NCBI GenBank assembly: GCA_048013815.1 | Contig: CM106585.1 | Location: 19,902,001-19,966,000 of the forward strand | From: Setoptus koraiensis | Taxonomy: Eukaryota > Animalia > Arthropoda | Reading direction: 5' to 3' | Length of the DNA: 64,000 bases | Shown here: positions 1-10,285 of the stretch, one piece after another | Position numbering within the stretch: the stretch's first letter is position 1 | Layout: each line of letters opens with the position of its first letter | Position numbers and translations under genes: made by a program | The notes under the pieces: model-generated | Database searches by the model: none | Told to the model about the DNA's origin: nothing | Seen by the model: the letters and a program-made list of their open reading frames with translations, nothing else

Positions 1-375
1 ACCGAAAAGAACAAATATTCAATTGTTAGGTTATTGGTTATTCATTTGTTGTGTCAATTGCCCCGAAGCGCGTCGCTTATCAGCGACGGCGGCCGCGGCC
101 GCGACATGTCGGGCAGGCGGCCTCAGCTAATAATGAAACAGAGTAACTCAACTCGGGGCCCTTATCGGGCCACTGGGGCCCGGCGGAGACAAAAAGGCTT
201 GGCGAGCGAGTGACGAGTATTAAGTTTGGGTGCGAGTCGCGCCGGCCCGAGCGGCCAGCAAATAAGTGGCTGCAAACAAATAAATAACCAAGCAACAAAT
301 GACAAACAAACTGTCACCGCTCACGAGAACGTCACGAGAAATTCTCGGCCGCCGACGACCGCGATAATCCGCCGA

Positions 376-430
376 CGAATATCCAGCGAATATCCAACGA
401 ACATCCGACGAACATCCAACGAATGTCCGT
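376..430. repeat. 11-bp tandem repeat (CGAAYATCCRR-like) x5
   Basis: cgaatatccag cgaatatccaa cgaacatccga cgaacatccaa cgaatgtccgt read directly. Confidence 0.85.
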
Positions 431-1548
431 TGTCGCGCCGCGGTGATCTGGGCAACCCGCAACGGCCGGGCGCCACGTATCACTGTTGACTGTCGCTCAT
501 TAGGTAGGCGACCGGGCAAGCCGGCCCGAATCGCTGTTTGCAAGTTGGAAGAAGCCAGTGATACAGCAGCGGCAGCACTGATACAAACACACGCCCATAA
601 GCTAATTTCGGGCCCCGCTGGCCTGCATAAAATTATTGTTATTGGCGCAACATTCATTCGCAAATATCGGCATACATAATGTAACAGCGAGCAAGCTGGC
701 GATGTAATGGCGAGCGCCATATAATAGAAATAATGATAATCTATTTGCGAATAAATAATCATGTGTTAAGGACGCGCGCACCAACAAACAAAAAGATGAA
801 TGCCCAGTTTATCGGGCCATTCGGCTGCGGGCCCCAATAAATCGTGGCCAGGGCCGCATCATCGCGAGCTGCCGACTTGAAACACACGCCGGGCGGCCAC
901 TGGCGACAATTTTTCTGGCGGGACTGTATTGGCTGACTGTATTGGGCCGCGGGAGGCGCCGAAACGGGCGCGACAATAATTCAGCTCTCGTCAGAGGCTC
1001 GGACAAGGCCCCCGCCCCGCCCGCCACTGCCCAGACAGGGGCCGGAGGGCACCGCGGCGACTTACGTGGCAGCCTTGTGTAAGCCGTGCGGTCTAATCTG
1101 GGGCCCCTCGCGACTGGCAACTGGCGAGTCCCCAGTTGCCAGTCGTTGAGAGGGGCCAATCCGAAAATTATTCCTCGGCCTCTTATGGGGCCAAACGGCC
1201 ACTTCGGCCACGTCGGCCACTCGGTTGGGCCAGGGTTGGGCGAAACTGCCCTGTGTTCGGGGCAAGACGAGAATTCTGCGTCCATGTCCGCTGCCATAGA
1301 CACGGAATCTTTGTTTGGCTCGCCTCTTCTTTTCTGGCCTCTTTGCCAGAAACTTTTTATTCCTTCTTCTGGGCCCATTTATGTGAGTGTCGACCGTTTA
1401 TTTGTTTGTTGCTATCTTGTGTACATGGCACATTATTCACTTGTTTGTCTGTTTGCTTATAACGTTGCTTGTTGTCGCTGGTGTTTGCGCCGTTAGCCAC
1501 TCGTGAGATGATACCTTGCGTCTTTGATCACTTGAGATGGGCACAAGT

Positions 1549-1576
1549 GTATGTGTGTGTGTGTGTGTGTGTGTGT
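1549..1576. repeat. (GT)n microsatellite
   Basis: Run of GT dinucleotides. Similar (GT/AC)n tracts recur, e.g. near 35093, 37955, 51908, 53020, 54208, 57057. Confidence 0.9.
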
Positions 1577-2601
1577 CTCGGTCTGGTCGTATCAACGCGG
1601 AAATATCCAAAAAGAGCAACGGGCCAACATTAGTGCGAGACTTTGTTGTTGCGTTGCGACTTTATCTGTTTGCGAACGCGGAACACAATTGTTGGGGCCA
1701 GAAACTTTTTTTTTCGCCGTTTTTTTTTTCACTTCGATTCGTTCGCCCGGCGGACTTTGTTTTCAAGCTCTCGTCGTTGCTTGTTCACTTGTCCGCTGGC
1801 CCTCGTGTCCGTGTTGCTTGGCTGCAGTTTTGACGGCCTCGAGCACCTCCACTATCTATCCGCAGGAAGGAAATGAACTGTTGGCCGACGTTTTTATTTA
1901 ACACTAGCCGCGGCGTTAATATAATTGCCGCTGAGTGACATGTGGATTTTGCCGTCTTTTAGACCTTGGCCCTGCACAACTTTGCGCCTGCACAAAAATC
2001 TCTGGCAAATCTCTGGCAAATAGACAACAAAGTAAATGCAGACCGAATAGTAAAGTGAATAGTCGGCCAATAGAGGGATTTTTGCGAGCCTTGCCTTTCC
2101 ATCTGACATGTCCGCGCGTCGAACAGAACGCAGCGCAGAAAATTCAGCCCAAATTGAATTGAACTGAATTGAATTGAATTAGGAGTGGTGGCGTTTGTTT
2201 TGGCCTTTGCAGCAAGCCAACGAGGCCCAAAGAAAGCAAGCCAGAGTGTTTTTCACATTTGCACAAATGCCACTGCTCGCTAGGCTGGGCAGCAGCTATC
2301 TCGAACGCAGTGTGTTCTTCTTTTTCGGTCGTTGTTAGAAAACCAACAACAACTATTTACAGATTTAGATCAGGATTTAGATAATTTATATTGTTGTTGC
2401 ATGCACGCATAGAGAACATTAGATAAGCAGCTCGCTATCGTATCACTTGCATCGTGACGCCAATGTCGGGCCCCACTCTGACCGTGATCAGCTTCATTAA
2501 GCGTCACGCAAGCCGACCGGACCATCGGCGCCGGGGAGGCGCGTCCGAATTTTCGTTGCTGCCGCATTAGTTGTTTTTCCAGCTCTTGGCTGCTTTTCGC
2601 A

Positions 2602-2678
2602 CCCGCCGATCGCAAAATTGGGGCCCGCCGATCACAGAATTGGGGCCCGCCGATCACAGAATTGAGGCCCGCCGATCA
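2602..2678. repeat. 22-bp minisatellite x3.5
   Basis: cccgccgatcacagaattgggg-like unit repeated in tandem. Confidence 0.9.
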
Positions 2679-4683
2679 TCGAGACAGTGTGGCGTGAGAG
2701 CAATTGAAAAAACACGGCACGTCGTGCGACGAAAGTAGATGCGCCTGATTGATTATGCGACAATTATTCGGCATTGCCCTCTTGTCAAATGATCAATGTT
2801 AAATAAATAATGCTGTTTTAATCGCCTCTGGCCGGCAATGTTTCTCGCGCGGACGGCAGCAACCGAAATCTAAAATTCTGCCAAAATCTATCGTATCGGT
2901 ACAATTTCACCTGTTTTCCTTGTCAGACCCCAATCAACTGTCGATGCAGTTGATCTTTGATTGATGCAGACAATTATTGCAAACAATTATTGGTGGAATT
3001 AATGTTTGTTTCGTTCTGCATTAGCAATTCCAATGAAAGTGATACGGCATCATGATGATTAGATGCTCTATTATAATGATAATGTTTCGCGTCGTCCAGT
3101 TCGCTCACGACACAATGGCCACAAATGTCGGTCGTTGTCGGTTGGGCCCTTGCCCGACGCATACACTTTGTTGTTCATTGGTTGACTCTATTTCTCCTTT
3201 GTCGTCTATCTTAATGTGTCATCTGGTATATTCTGACTTTGCAAACTTTGCCTAAATCCGAAGTGCCCGCAAACTAATGTGCTTACGCCACCAAGTAGAA
3301 GCTGTAGCACTTAAAGTCAGCAGGGGTGCCTCTAATGAAGAGAAAATAACTTAATGGTGGCGATGATAGTACTTTTGGGTGCACTTACTTACGCTCGCCA
3401 CAGCAGCCTATGAATGGATGAAGAGAGCGCAAATTCATTCGAAATCGTCCAGACCGCTGTGGAAACAACAATGTTGCATTTGTAATGAGTCAGCGAATGT
3501 AGGCCGATCATTTGAGAAAATTTCTCTTGCCCGAGCACAACCACCACTAGACAAATTTGTTTGTTTCCGGTTGTAATTTACTTTTATACTCGCCACCGTG
3601 TGTGTGTCGTTGCCTTTCTTTATCCGCATGTGGTGACGCTAATGGTAACGCTGGCTCTCGCTTTCAATGGTCGCCTTCCTGTCGGTTGTTTGCCTAACTT
3701 GGTTACGTTGTCGTCATTAACGAGCGAGCCTCTACAGGCCAGACAAAAATCGCGTCTCAACTTAAGATTCTCAAGTTGTCCAACTGTGAATTCAAATCGC
3801 AACACAGACCAATACAGTGTAAGGGCACTACACAACATGAACACTTTGTCAGAACCGTCATATTATTGCATAATTCATACTTTAAATGTCGCGTTACAAA
3901 TGTGTGATTCACAGCCGGATATCGATAAATAGTGTGTTTGAAGAGAGCGCGTTTTGAGACCAAAAACATTCCAAACAAACTTTTTCAACACTTTCGGCAT
4001 ATCGGAATCTCTGCACTTGTTCGAGTATTTGCGTTTCGCCTCCTCTTTTCAAATCACTTCTCCAGAATGAAAAACAGCATGCGGCTACTGAAATCGATCG
4101 CACACCATACCTATCTTCCGGTCAATTTATGTCTGTTACTGGCACACAAACTGGAGATGCTGATGGCACGAAATCGGCTCGACTAGCGGGATTCGTCTTC
4201 AAGCCACAAACAATTTCGAGCGAGTCAATTTCAATTTGTGACCCCAATCGCCCTTTCTGAACGCTAATTGTATTTCGGTAGTTTCTGTTGCTGTTGTCGC
4301 TGTTGCAATAATGCTCTGTTGTTTAGCTGACCGCCGAAATAAAGTCACGCAAATATCTTGCTCACATGTGATTGTAGCGCGTGATGTTGAAATTGAAAAA
4401 ATAACAACCGATAATAACAGCCCTCAAGCCTTTATGTTGGGTGCCCAACTTTCATACATGATCGCATGGCTTGCATCATTTGCCTCAGCATAGGCCATTT
4501 TATCGGGCCAGACTATTAGATGTATTACGTATGTATTATCACAAGTGATCATGATTATTGTTGCTGTTGTTGTTATTCATGACAAGCGTGTAATCATGAA
4601 AAGAATCCAGTACAATGGATTCGACAAGTTCTTTCTTGAGGTTCTCTCTGAGAGTGCCATATGAAAAAGAACGCGCCTTTCAA

Positions 4684-4712
4684 CATGATGATGATGATGA
4701 TGATGATGATGA
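4684..4712. repeat. (ATG/CAT)n microsatellite
   Basis: Trinucleotide run; explains the poly-M and poly-H ORFs in the ORF track. Confidence 0.9.
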
Positions 4713-6416
4713 TACGTTGTTGCCCTCTCAATCCAGTGTTCGGTCATAGGGCAAACTTCTACATACAAGAGTCCATCCACCATAATGACAGCTCGAAGCC
4801 ATTGTGCGGCAATAGCAGAATAATCGGGTCACGGTGTTTTGGGTGTGATTACATAACGCACGGCGAGAGCGAGCGCAGACTGAAACCAATTGAGGCAGCA
4901 AGCCATTCTTTGGGGGCAAGAGTGAAAAAGGGTCATGAGATTGGCCGTTGAAACTGGAAAATTGAATTGAGTTGCTCGCGTCGAACTGAGCGCCATTCAA
5001 ATTAAAATGAAATAGAATTATTTCCCTTCCAGCAAATCATAGATCCCAAGCTTACGGTGACAGTTACGCAAGCAAGATTCTTCAGAAAACAATTCAATGT
5101 CCTCTGTCGTCATGGAATTCAGCTGTATCTAGCGCAGGTCGTGGTGGACGTTATTATTTGTCGTGTCAGTACAATTGAAAAATCTGCTCGCTTATCTTGA
5201 GTGATAATGCGAAACTGGTCCACTAATGGATGTAGCAATGTTTCGTTTCTTATGTGGCCAGGCAATTAGAAGAGTGCCCAATTGCCTTATCGTCTGCTCT
5301 GGTTTGTTACTTGTTGGCTTCGCCATAAAATCATTGAATTTGAACGAAAGGCCAAATTGCAGCGAAAACAAGAAAAAGTCGGGCAAGGACGAACACTACT
5401 AGTGCGTGATAACTTTATGGTTCTCGTTACCATCTACATCTTGGCGCTTAATTACCATGTGCTGGCCACGGAGAAACCCCGGAAAAGGAAACGGCAAATG
5501 ATCCACGGCTCCATTGGCATGAGGAAGGTCTGGCTGGCAAATGAAATGCTCAGACCTCTAGAGAGCCAGCTGGAGTAATTTTACAGTCAGTTAGTGGGCT
5601 TGAAGAGGCTGAAATGTGGAGTTTTCAAATGTGCCCCGAGTTGTCCTACGTGTTTTGATTCATTCTTTTGTATCCTTTTAATACAATATGGAATTAATCG
5701 GTACATCTAGTCATCACTATTCACAGACTCATCTTCATTCCATGAGTTCGATCCATTCTTTTCGGATATATAGTCTTCGCACTATCCGAATGAGCTTGAC
5801 ATTCGGTGCTGTCCATTGTTTCCGCCAAATGAGTGCTGAAAACCAAGAATATTTTCACTAACTTTGTAAGTCGATTCTTGCAACCTTCTAGATCCACTCA
5901 TTTCTCAATGATGTCTAATCTTGCGCCAGACAACGATAATGGTTTTTCCGAAAAAGCAACTCTTTAGACAAACTGTTAACATTAAAGAATCGAAGAAACT
6001 CTGCTGAAACATCTGAAGAAATGAATTTTTCATTTTCTTTGTGCGAACCAATTTTTCTTCTAAAATAGTTCGCTGATTTACTGGTGAGGCATGATATGTA
6101 AATATGAGTTGTTCCAGTTGATTCCACATCAAAGTCAGGTGAACTTGGTCATATTTCACAACAGCTATCTATTTTAAGATTCATTGATTTATTTTTCGAA
6201 AAGAGCAGCAAAAACACTTCTTTGTCTCTGCGACTTTCGTTGGCTGAGCGGAGCTGAGATCAAAAATAGATCCCAGCTTGAGTTAGGTTGTATCTCTAGG
6301 CAAGAGCTCAAGGAACAGATGTAGGCAATAAACTAACAAATAGGAAGAATAACCATTTATGAAAATCTCAAGTGACGTAGATTGTTCATCGGATTTGAAT
6401 TGAGGAAACGTATGGA

Positions 6417-6482
6417 TAGAGCTGTCAAGATCAAGTAGTAACGCCAACTCTAACAATAAAAATTCTACATCATTCCAGCAAG
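6417..6482 (+). repeat. Dispersed repeat copy A, 5' part (homologous to 10019-10091); lies just upstream of the 6501 gene
   Basis: Hand alignment: 36/48 identical over the first 48 nt, then tacatcattc..caag after a short gap. Confidence 0.8.
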
Positions 6483-6500
6483 CGGTCGAAATTATTCGCT

Positions 6501-6947
6501 ATGAAGAACACAATCAAGGCAATCGCACCACTTCTACTATTGACTATTGTTTGTGAGGTCGTTTCACCCAGAATCGTTGATACCTGGAAGAGCAGTTGTA
6601 CAGATTGCTTTAGGACTCGTGAAACTGCTGAAGACCCTGCAGAATCAAAAGAAAATCACGACAAGAACCATGGCTTAGAAGGTGCCGATAAACAAGTTGA
6701 AGGTCTAGGTGACGGAAAAGGGGATGCGAAAAGGCAACTGAAGGACAAAATTTTGGACAAGGTGAGAACGATGCTAGAGAAGAAGCCAAAAGAAAGGAAG
6801 GGTAAAAGAGAAGAAAATGAAGGTCAACATGAGAGAGGTGAATATGAAGAAGAGGAATACGATGATTCGAAACTCTATCCGAAGAGCTATTATCCGGGCT
6901 ATGACAGTTCAGATTCAACTAATGATTACGAGTCAGAATTTTGGTAG
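6501..6947 (+). CDS. Orphan secreted protein, 148 aa: signal peptide, CxxC, charged low-complexity body, acidic/Tyr-rich tail
   Basis: ATG-initiated single-exon ORF; hydrophobic N-terminus (MKNTIKAIAPLLLLTIVCEVVS); no family recognised. Confidence 0.75.
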   Translation: MKNTIKAIAPLLLLTIVCEVVSPRIVDTWKSSCTDCFRTRETAEDPAESKENHDKNHGLEGADKQVEGLGDGKGDAKRQLKDKILDKVRTMLEKKPKERKGKREENEGQHERGEYEEEEYDDSKLYPKSYYPGYDSSDSTNDYESEFW

Positions 6948-7321
6948 ACGCAATTCGTCCTGGTATCTTCAGTAGTCCATCAGCAGAAATGTGGGTCATG
7001 GAAACGTCTATTGTCGAATGATCGAATTTCTATGGCGTAACTGGTGCAGTGATTCCCACTACCCGATACTAAAACAAGGTACAAAATGTGACTCGCTCGG
7101 TTTTCTGACTTTATTTAGAGAGGATGATCAATATTCTGATGATCGCTTGCTTGAAACAAATTTTCTCCACCGTTTTCTTGCTTCGCGTCAACTTTCTACC
7201 AATTCAATCCTCTCTATCTATACTGATGAAAAAAAAAAAACACTCATTGAGCTTTTTCGAGTGAGTCCGATCAGTGATCGGCGATCACAAGCGTGGGCGG
7301 AATTGCATTTAGCGGATGGGG

Positions 7322-7480
7322 TAGTCTAAGATTCTGGTCTTCGACGATGTGATCTTAGCAGTCGGAAGATGGCGCCTCTTGTTTCTTGCTCTTGGGGCTA
7401 CGATATAAACTTTTTCACCGGACATAGCATACGAAATTGAAAAAATGCATCGGGAAAAAATACTTGCAACCTTTTCTGAA
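7322..7480 (+). repeat. Dispersed repeat copy A, 3' part (homologous to ~10095-10285)
   Basis: 7328-7428 aligns ungapped with 10118-10218 with about 15 mismatches in 101 nt; weaker similarity continues ~50 nt. Confidence 0.9.
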
Positions 7481-8096
7481 AATTATGGGTGAGCCCATAA
7501 TTCACGACCTGCTTATTTGTTTACAGTGGTAGTGTATGTATTGACAACGATCTTCTGATGATGGTGGTCAGACCCGACTTCACCTCTACCGTACATGACT
7601 AATTGATTGAAACAATGTGTATGTCAATGTTTTAGACTTCAAATGCTTCAACGTATCACGTTGAGACTTTTGTCTACTGTTAGCGTTCAGCATGATGTCA
7701 GTTGTGTAATAACTATTGTGACTACGTTAGCACGCAACATGTGTTGTTTTTATTTTTGATAAACAAACATGATTGACACACTCATTGACTTGACAGCTAC
7801 ATGGATACAGCTATTACCCGGCAATTATCATTCTGTTTGGCCATATAAAGCGTGCCAGCATTCATTTCATTTTATCATTTGTGTTTTCAACGGGTGACTC
7901 ATCGCAGGAGCTGGATTTCATTACATAATCAATTCAATGATAACAAAGGCCACCACATTATTATCCGATAACTTCCAAGACACCTGACATTCAATGATAA
8001 TTGATTATAATCAGCAATCGCTCATTTGACTCAATATAGACGATGACTCTCTGGCATGGAATCGCAAACCATTAATACTGACAGCATTAAATAATA

Positions 8097-9749
8097 ATGG
8101 CCTCCACCAGATCACATTTCTTAAGACGAGCAGCTCTCATCATAGCTGTGATAGTTTTTATAATATTACTGCTGCTAATTGGCACCCTCATATATATATA
8201 TTTTTGGTGGCCTAATTTTATACATCAACAAATCAACAAGGCTGTCTTGATAAAAAATGGAACGGAATCCATGGATAGATTCAAATCAACCAAGGGCACC
8301 AAGATGTATATGACGTTCTGGTTGTTCAATGTGACCAATCCTGATGAGGTGCAAAATAATGGAAGCAAACCAAATCTAGTCGAAGTAGGACCGTTTGTGT
8401 TCTCTGAACAGAAGGACAAAATTTTTTTGAAAAATGACCAGGAAGCGGGTTTCATAAGCTTTAAGCTAAATCGACAATGGTTCTTTGAACCTGAACTATC
8501 AAAGTTTGATCTCAATACACCCATAACTATGGTAAACGCGCCCCTTCTAGTTCTTACATACATGCTGGATCAAATGAGCTTCAACAAGTTTTTATATGCA
8601 GTCATAAATGGTATTGTCGCGATTCATCCCGAGGAAAAAGCTTTTATCACTGACTCTGCTATTAATTTCCTATTTGATGGGTCGTACCGCAAAATAATGG
8701 ACACAATAAGACGTTTACCTGGAACACCTCAACCGTGGCCAATGAAAGACAATAAATTTGGTTTTTTCTTTGACAGGAACAACACTTTTGATAAGAAGCT
8801 AGATGGAATTTTAACGATGTCTACAGGCGCGGGCTCAGCTACATCTTTGGAGCAAATCGGCCAACTTGTAGAGAGAAATTATAACGATAAGCTGGAATTC
8901 TGGCAAAACAATACTTCCTCGTGCAATGCCCTCAATGTTTCAATGGGAGAAATATATCCTCCTTTCTCCCTTTCAACTTCACCTAATATTACTCTGTTCT
9001 CCAATGATCTCTGCCGAAAGATCTTCCTGAAAAGAGTTGGCCCAGTCGTGCTAAAAGGCATAAATTCAGTCAAGTTTGAAGCCGACGAATCTAACTTTCA
9101 AAGTATAAGTAAAAATGGAGCCAATGGGTGCTATTGTATGAGCAAAACCGCGCAAGACCAATATTGGTGTCTTCAAGATGGCCTGCTTGATATGCAAACT
9201 TGCCAACAACCGGGGATATACGCATCAAATCCCTACTTCTACATGGGATCTCCAAGCCTTTCTGATCATGTCACGAATCTGCGAAAGCCTAACCATTATG
9301 AGGACTCTACCTTCATTATCTTGGAACCCAACACTGGCAATGCAGTTGCCTTCCAAGCCAGATTCCAGATGAATGCAAGATTGAGACCGAATAAATTGAG
9401 CATATTCAAATTTATTCGCGAAGAGTACATGGTGCCATTGATGCATATGAAGGAATCGGGCGAGATCAGCGATAGTATGGCTAAGGATGTGTCAACCAAA
9501 CTGGAGTTCCTCAACTATTGGGTAGTGGCAGCTATTTTGTCGCTGATTGCATTGGTTATTATTATTCTACTCTCAAGTTGTTCAATCCTCCTGGTTTATA
9601 TCTGCAAATGTGAAGGTGACAGAACTGGCGAGAGAGCGCCTCTATTGACTAACGAACAGAACTCCGAACCACAAGAAAGAATTGCCGGACAAGAACAAAT
9701 CGCCGAGCAAGAACAAATCGTCGAGCAAGAACAAATCGCCGAGCAATAA
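8097..9749 (+). CDS. CD36-family class B scavenger receptor (LIMP-2/SCARB2-like), 550 aa, intronless
   Basis: N- and C-terminal TM helices; motifs WLFNVTNPDEV, KPNLVEVGPFVF, DLCR, CYC, SNPYFY, LEPNTG, RFQMN; cytosolic ERAPLL dileucine signal like LIMP-2 ERAPLI. Confidence 0.95.
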   Translation: MASTRSHFLRRAALIIAVIVFIILLLLIGTLIYIYFWWPNFIHQQINKAVLIKNGTESMDRFKSTKGTKMYMTFWLFNVTNPDEVQNNGSKPNLVEVGPFVFSEQKDKIFLKNDQEAGFISFKLNRQWFFEPELSKFDLNTPITMVNAPLLVLTYMLDQMSFNKFLYAVINGIVAIHPEEKAFITDSAINFLFDGSYRKIMDTIRRLPGTPQPWPMKDNKFGFFFDRNNTFDKKLDGILTMSTGAGSATSLEQIGQLVERNYNDKLEFWQNNTSSCNALNVSMGEIYPPFSLSTSPNITLFSNDLCRKIFLKRVGPVVLKGINSVKFEADESNFQSISKNGANGCYCMSKTAQDQYWCLQDGLLDMQTCQQPGIYASNPYFYMGSPSLSDHVTNLRKPNHYEDSTFIILEPNTGNAVAFQARFQMNARLRPNKLSIFKFIREEYMVPLMHMKESGEISDSMAKDVSTKLEFLNYWVVAAILSLIALVIIILLSSCSILLVYICKCEGDRTGERAPLLTNEQNSEPQERIAGQEQIAEQEQIVEQEQIAEQ

Positions 9750-9845
9750 CAAACTACCGAACAAGAACAAATTAGAGCTATATTCCGGTTTACCCCGTAA
9801 ACGGGTCGGGTATCTACAGCTCTAGAACAAATTGCTGAACAATGA
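9672..9845 (+). repeat. 18-bp tandem repeat (CAAGAACAAATCGCCGAG, QEQIAE) x6, spanning the CD36 stop codon
   Basis: Units at 9672, 9690, 9708, 9726, 9744 (contains TAA) and 9762 (interrupted by an insertion). Confidence 0.9.
9773..9824. mobile_element. 52-bp non-autonomous hAT-like miniature element (MITE)
   Basis: TIR TAGAGCT(A/G)TA (9/10 match); perfect 8-bp TSD GAACAAAT at 9765-9772 and 9825-9832; removing the element plus one TSD restores the 18-bp repeat unit; internal hairpin with AAACGG. Confidence 0.75.
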
Positions 9846-10018
9846 GGCTCAATTCAAATAGTTTTGATAGATCCTTCTCACATCACATGTTGAAACTTAT
9901 GTTGCTTACGAAAGTTAGATGAGTATAATTATTCTATAATCTATCCTGTCTACTTATGTCCGGCCATGTGTTTTTTAATGATATAAATGACATAGTCAAT
10001 GATGAGTGCAATGCTCAA

Positions 10019-10285
10019 TAGAGCTGCTAAGATCAACTATTGACATCAATTCTGACCGTAAACATTTTGCATTATACATCATTCTAACAAGTGTTAGTCT
10101 CACAAATGGAGGCGCCCAAAATTCTGCTCTTCGATGTTGTAATCTTGCCAGTCGAAAGATGGCGCCTCTTTTTTCTTGCTCTCAGGGCTGCAATATAAAA
10201 TTTTTCATCGGACATAGCTCGGTCCGCAGACGCAGCGAAAAAAGTTTGGAAAAATGCTCCGGAAAAAGAATTGTCTCCATTCTGA
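10019..10285 (+). repeat. Dispersed repeat copy B (contiguous version of split copy A)
   Basis: Begins TAGAGCTG; 10019-10091 matches 6417-6482 and 10118-10218 matches 7328-7428, with only ~26 nt between the two parts. Confidence 0.85.

Noticed and set aside
5886-5902. Resemblance to miR-279 (ctagatccactcatt)
   Set aside because: Seed not matched, internal deletion and no supporting hairpin
5705-6330. Minus-strand ORF fragments (5905..6159, 5915..6127) and in-frame continuations resembling a decayed gene
   Set aside because: Several stops in every frame, no recognisable homology and no coherent splice model
7481-7502. Perfect 9-bp hairpin AATTATGGG-TGAG-CCCATAATT as a Helitron 3' end
   Set aside because: No CTRR terminus at the expected distance and no equivalent in copy B
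6417-9824. Large composite hAT element from TAGAGCTG (6417) to CAGCTCTA (9824) carrying both genes
   Set aside because: Flanks CGTATGGA and GAACAAAT do not form a TSD; the right TIR is already explained by the 52-bp element
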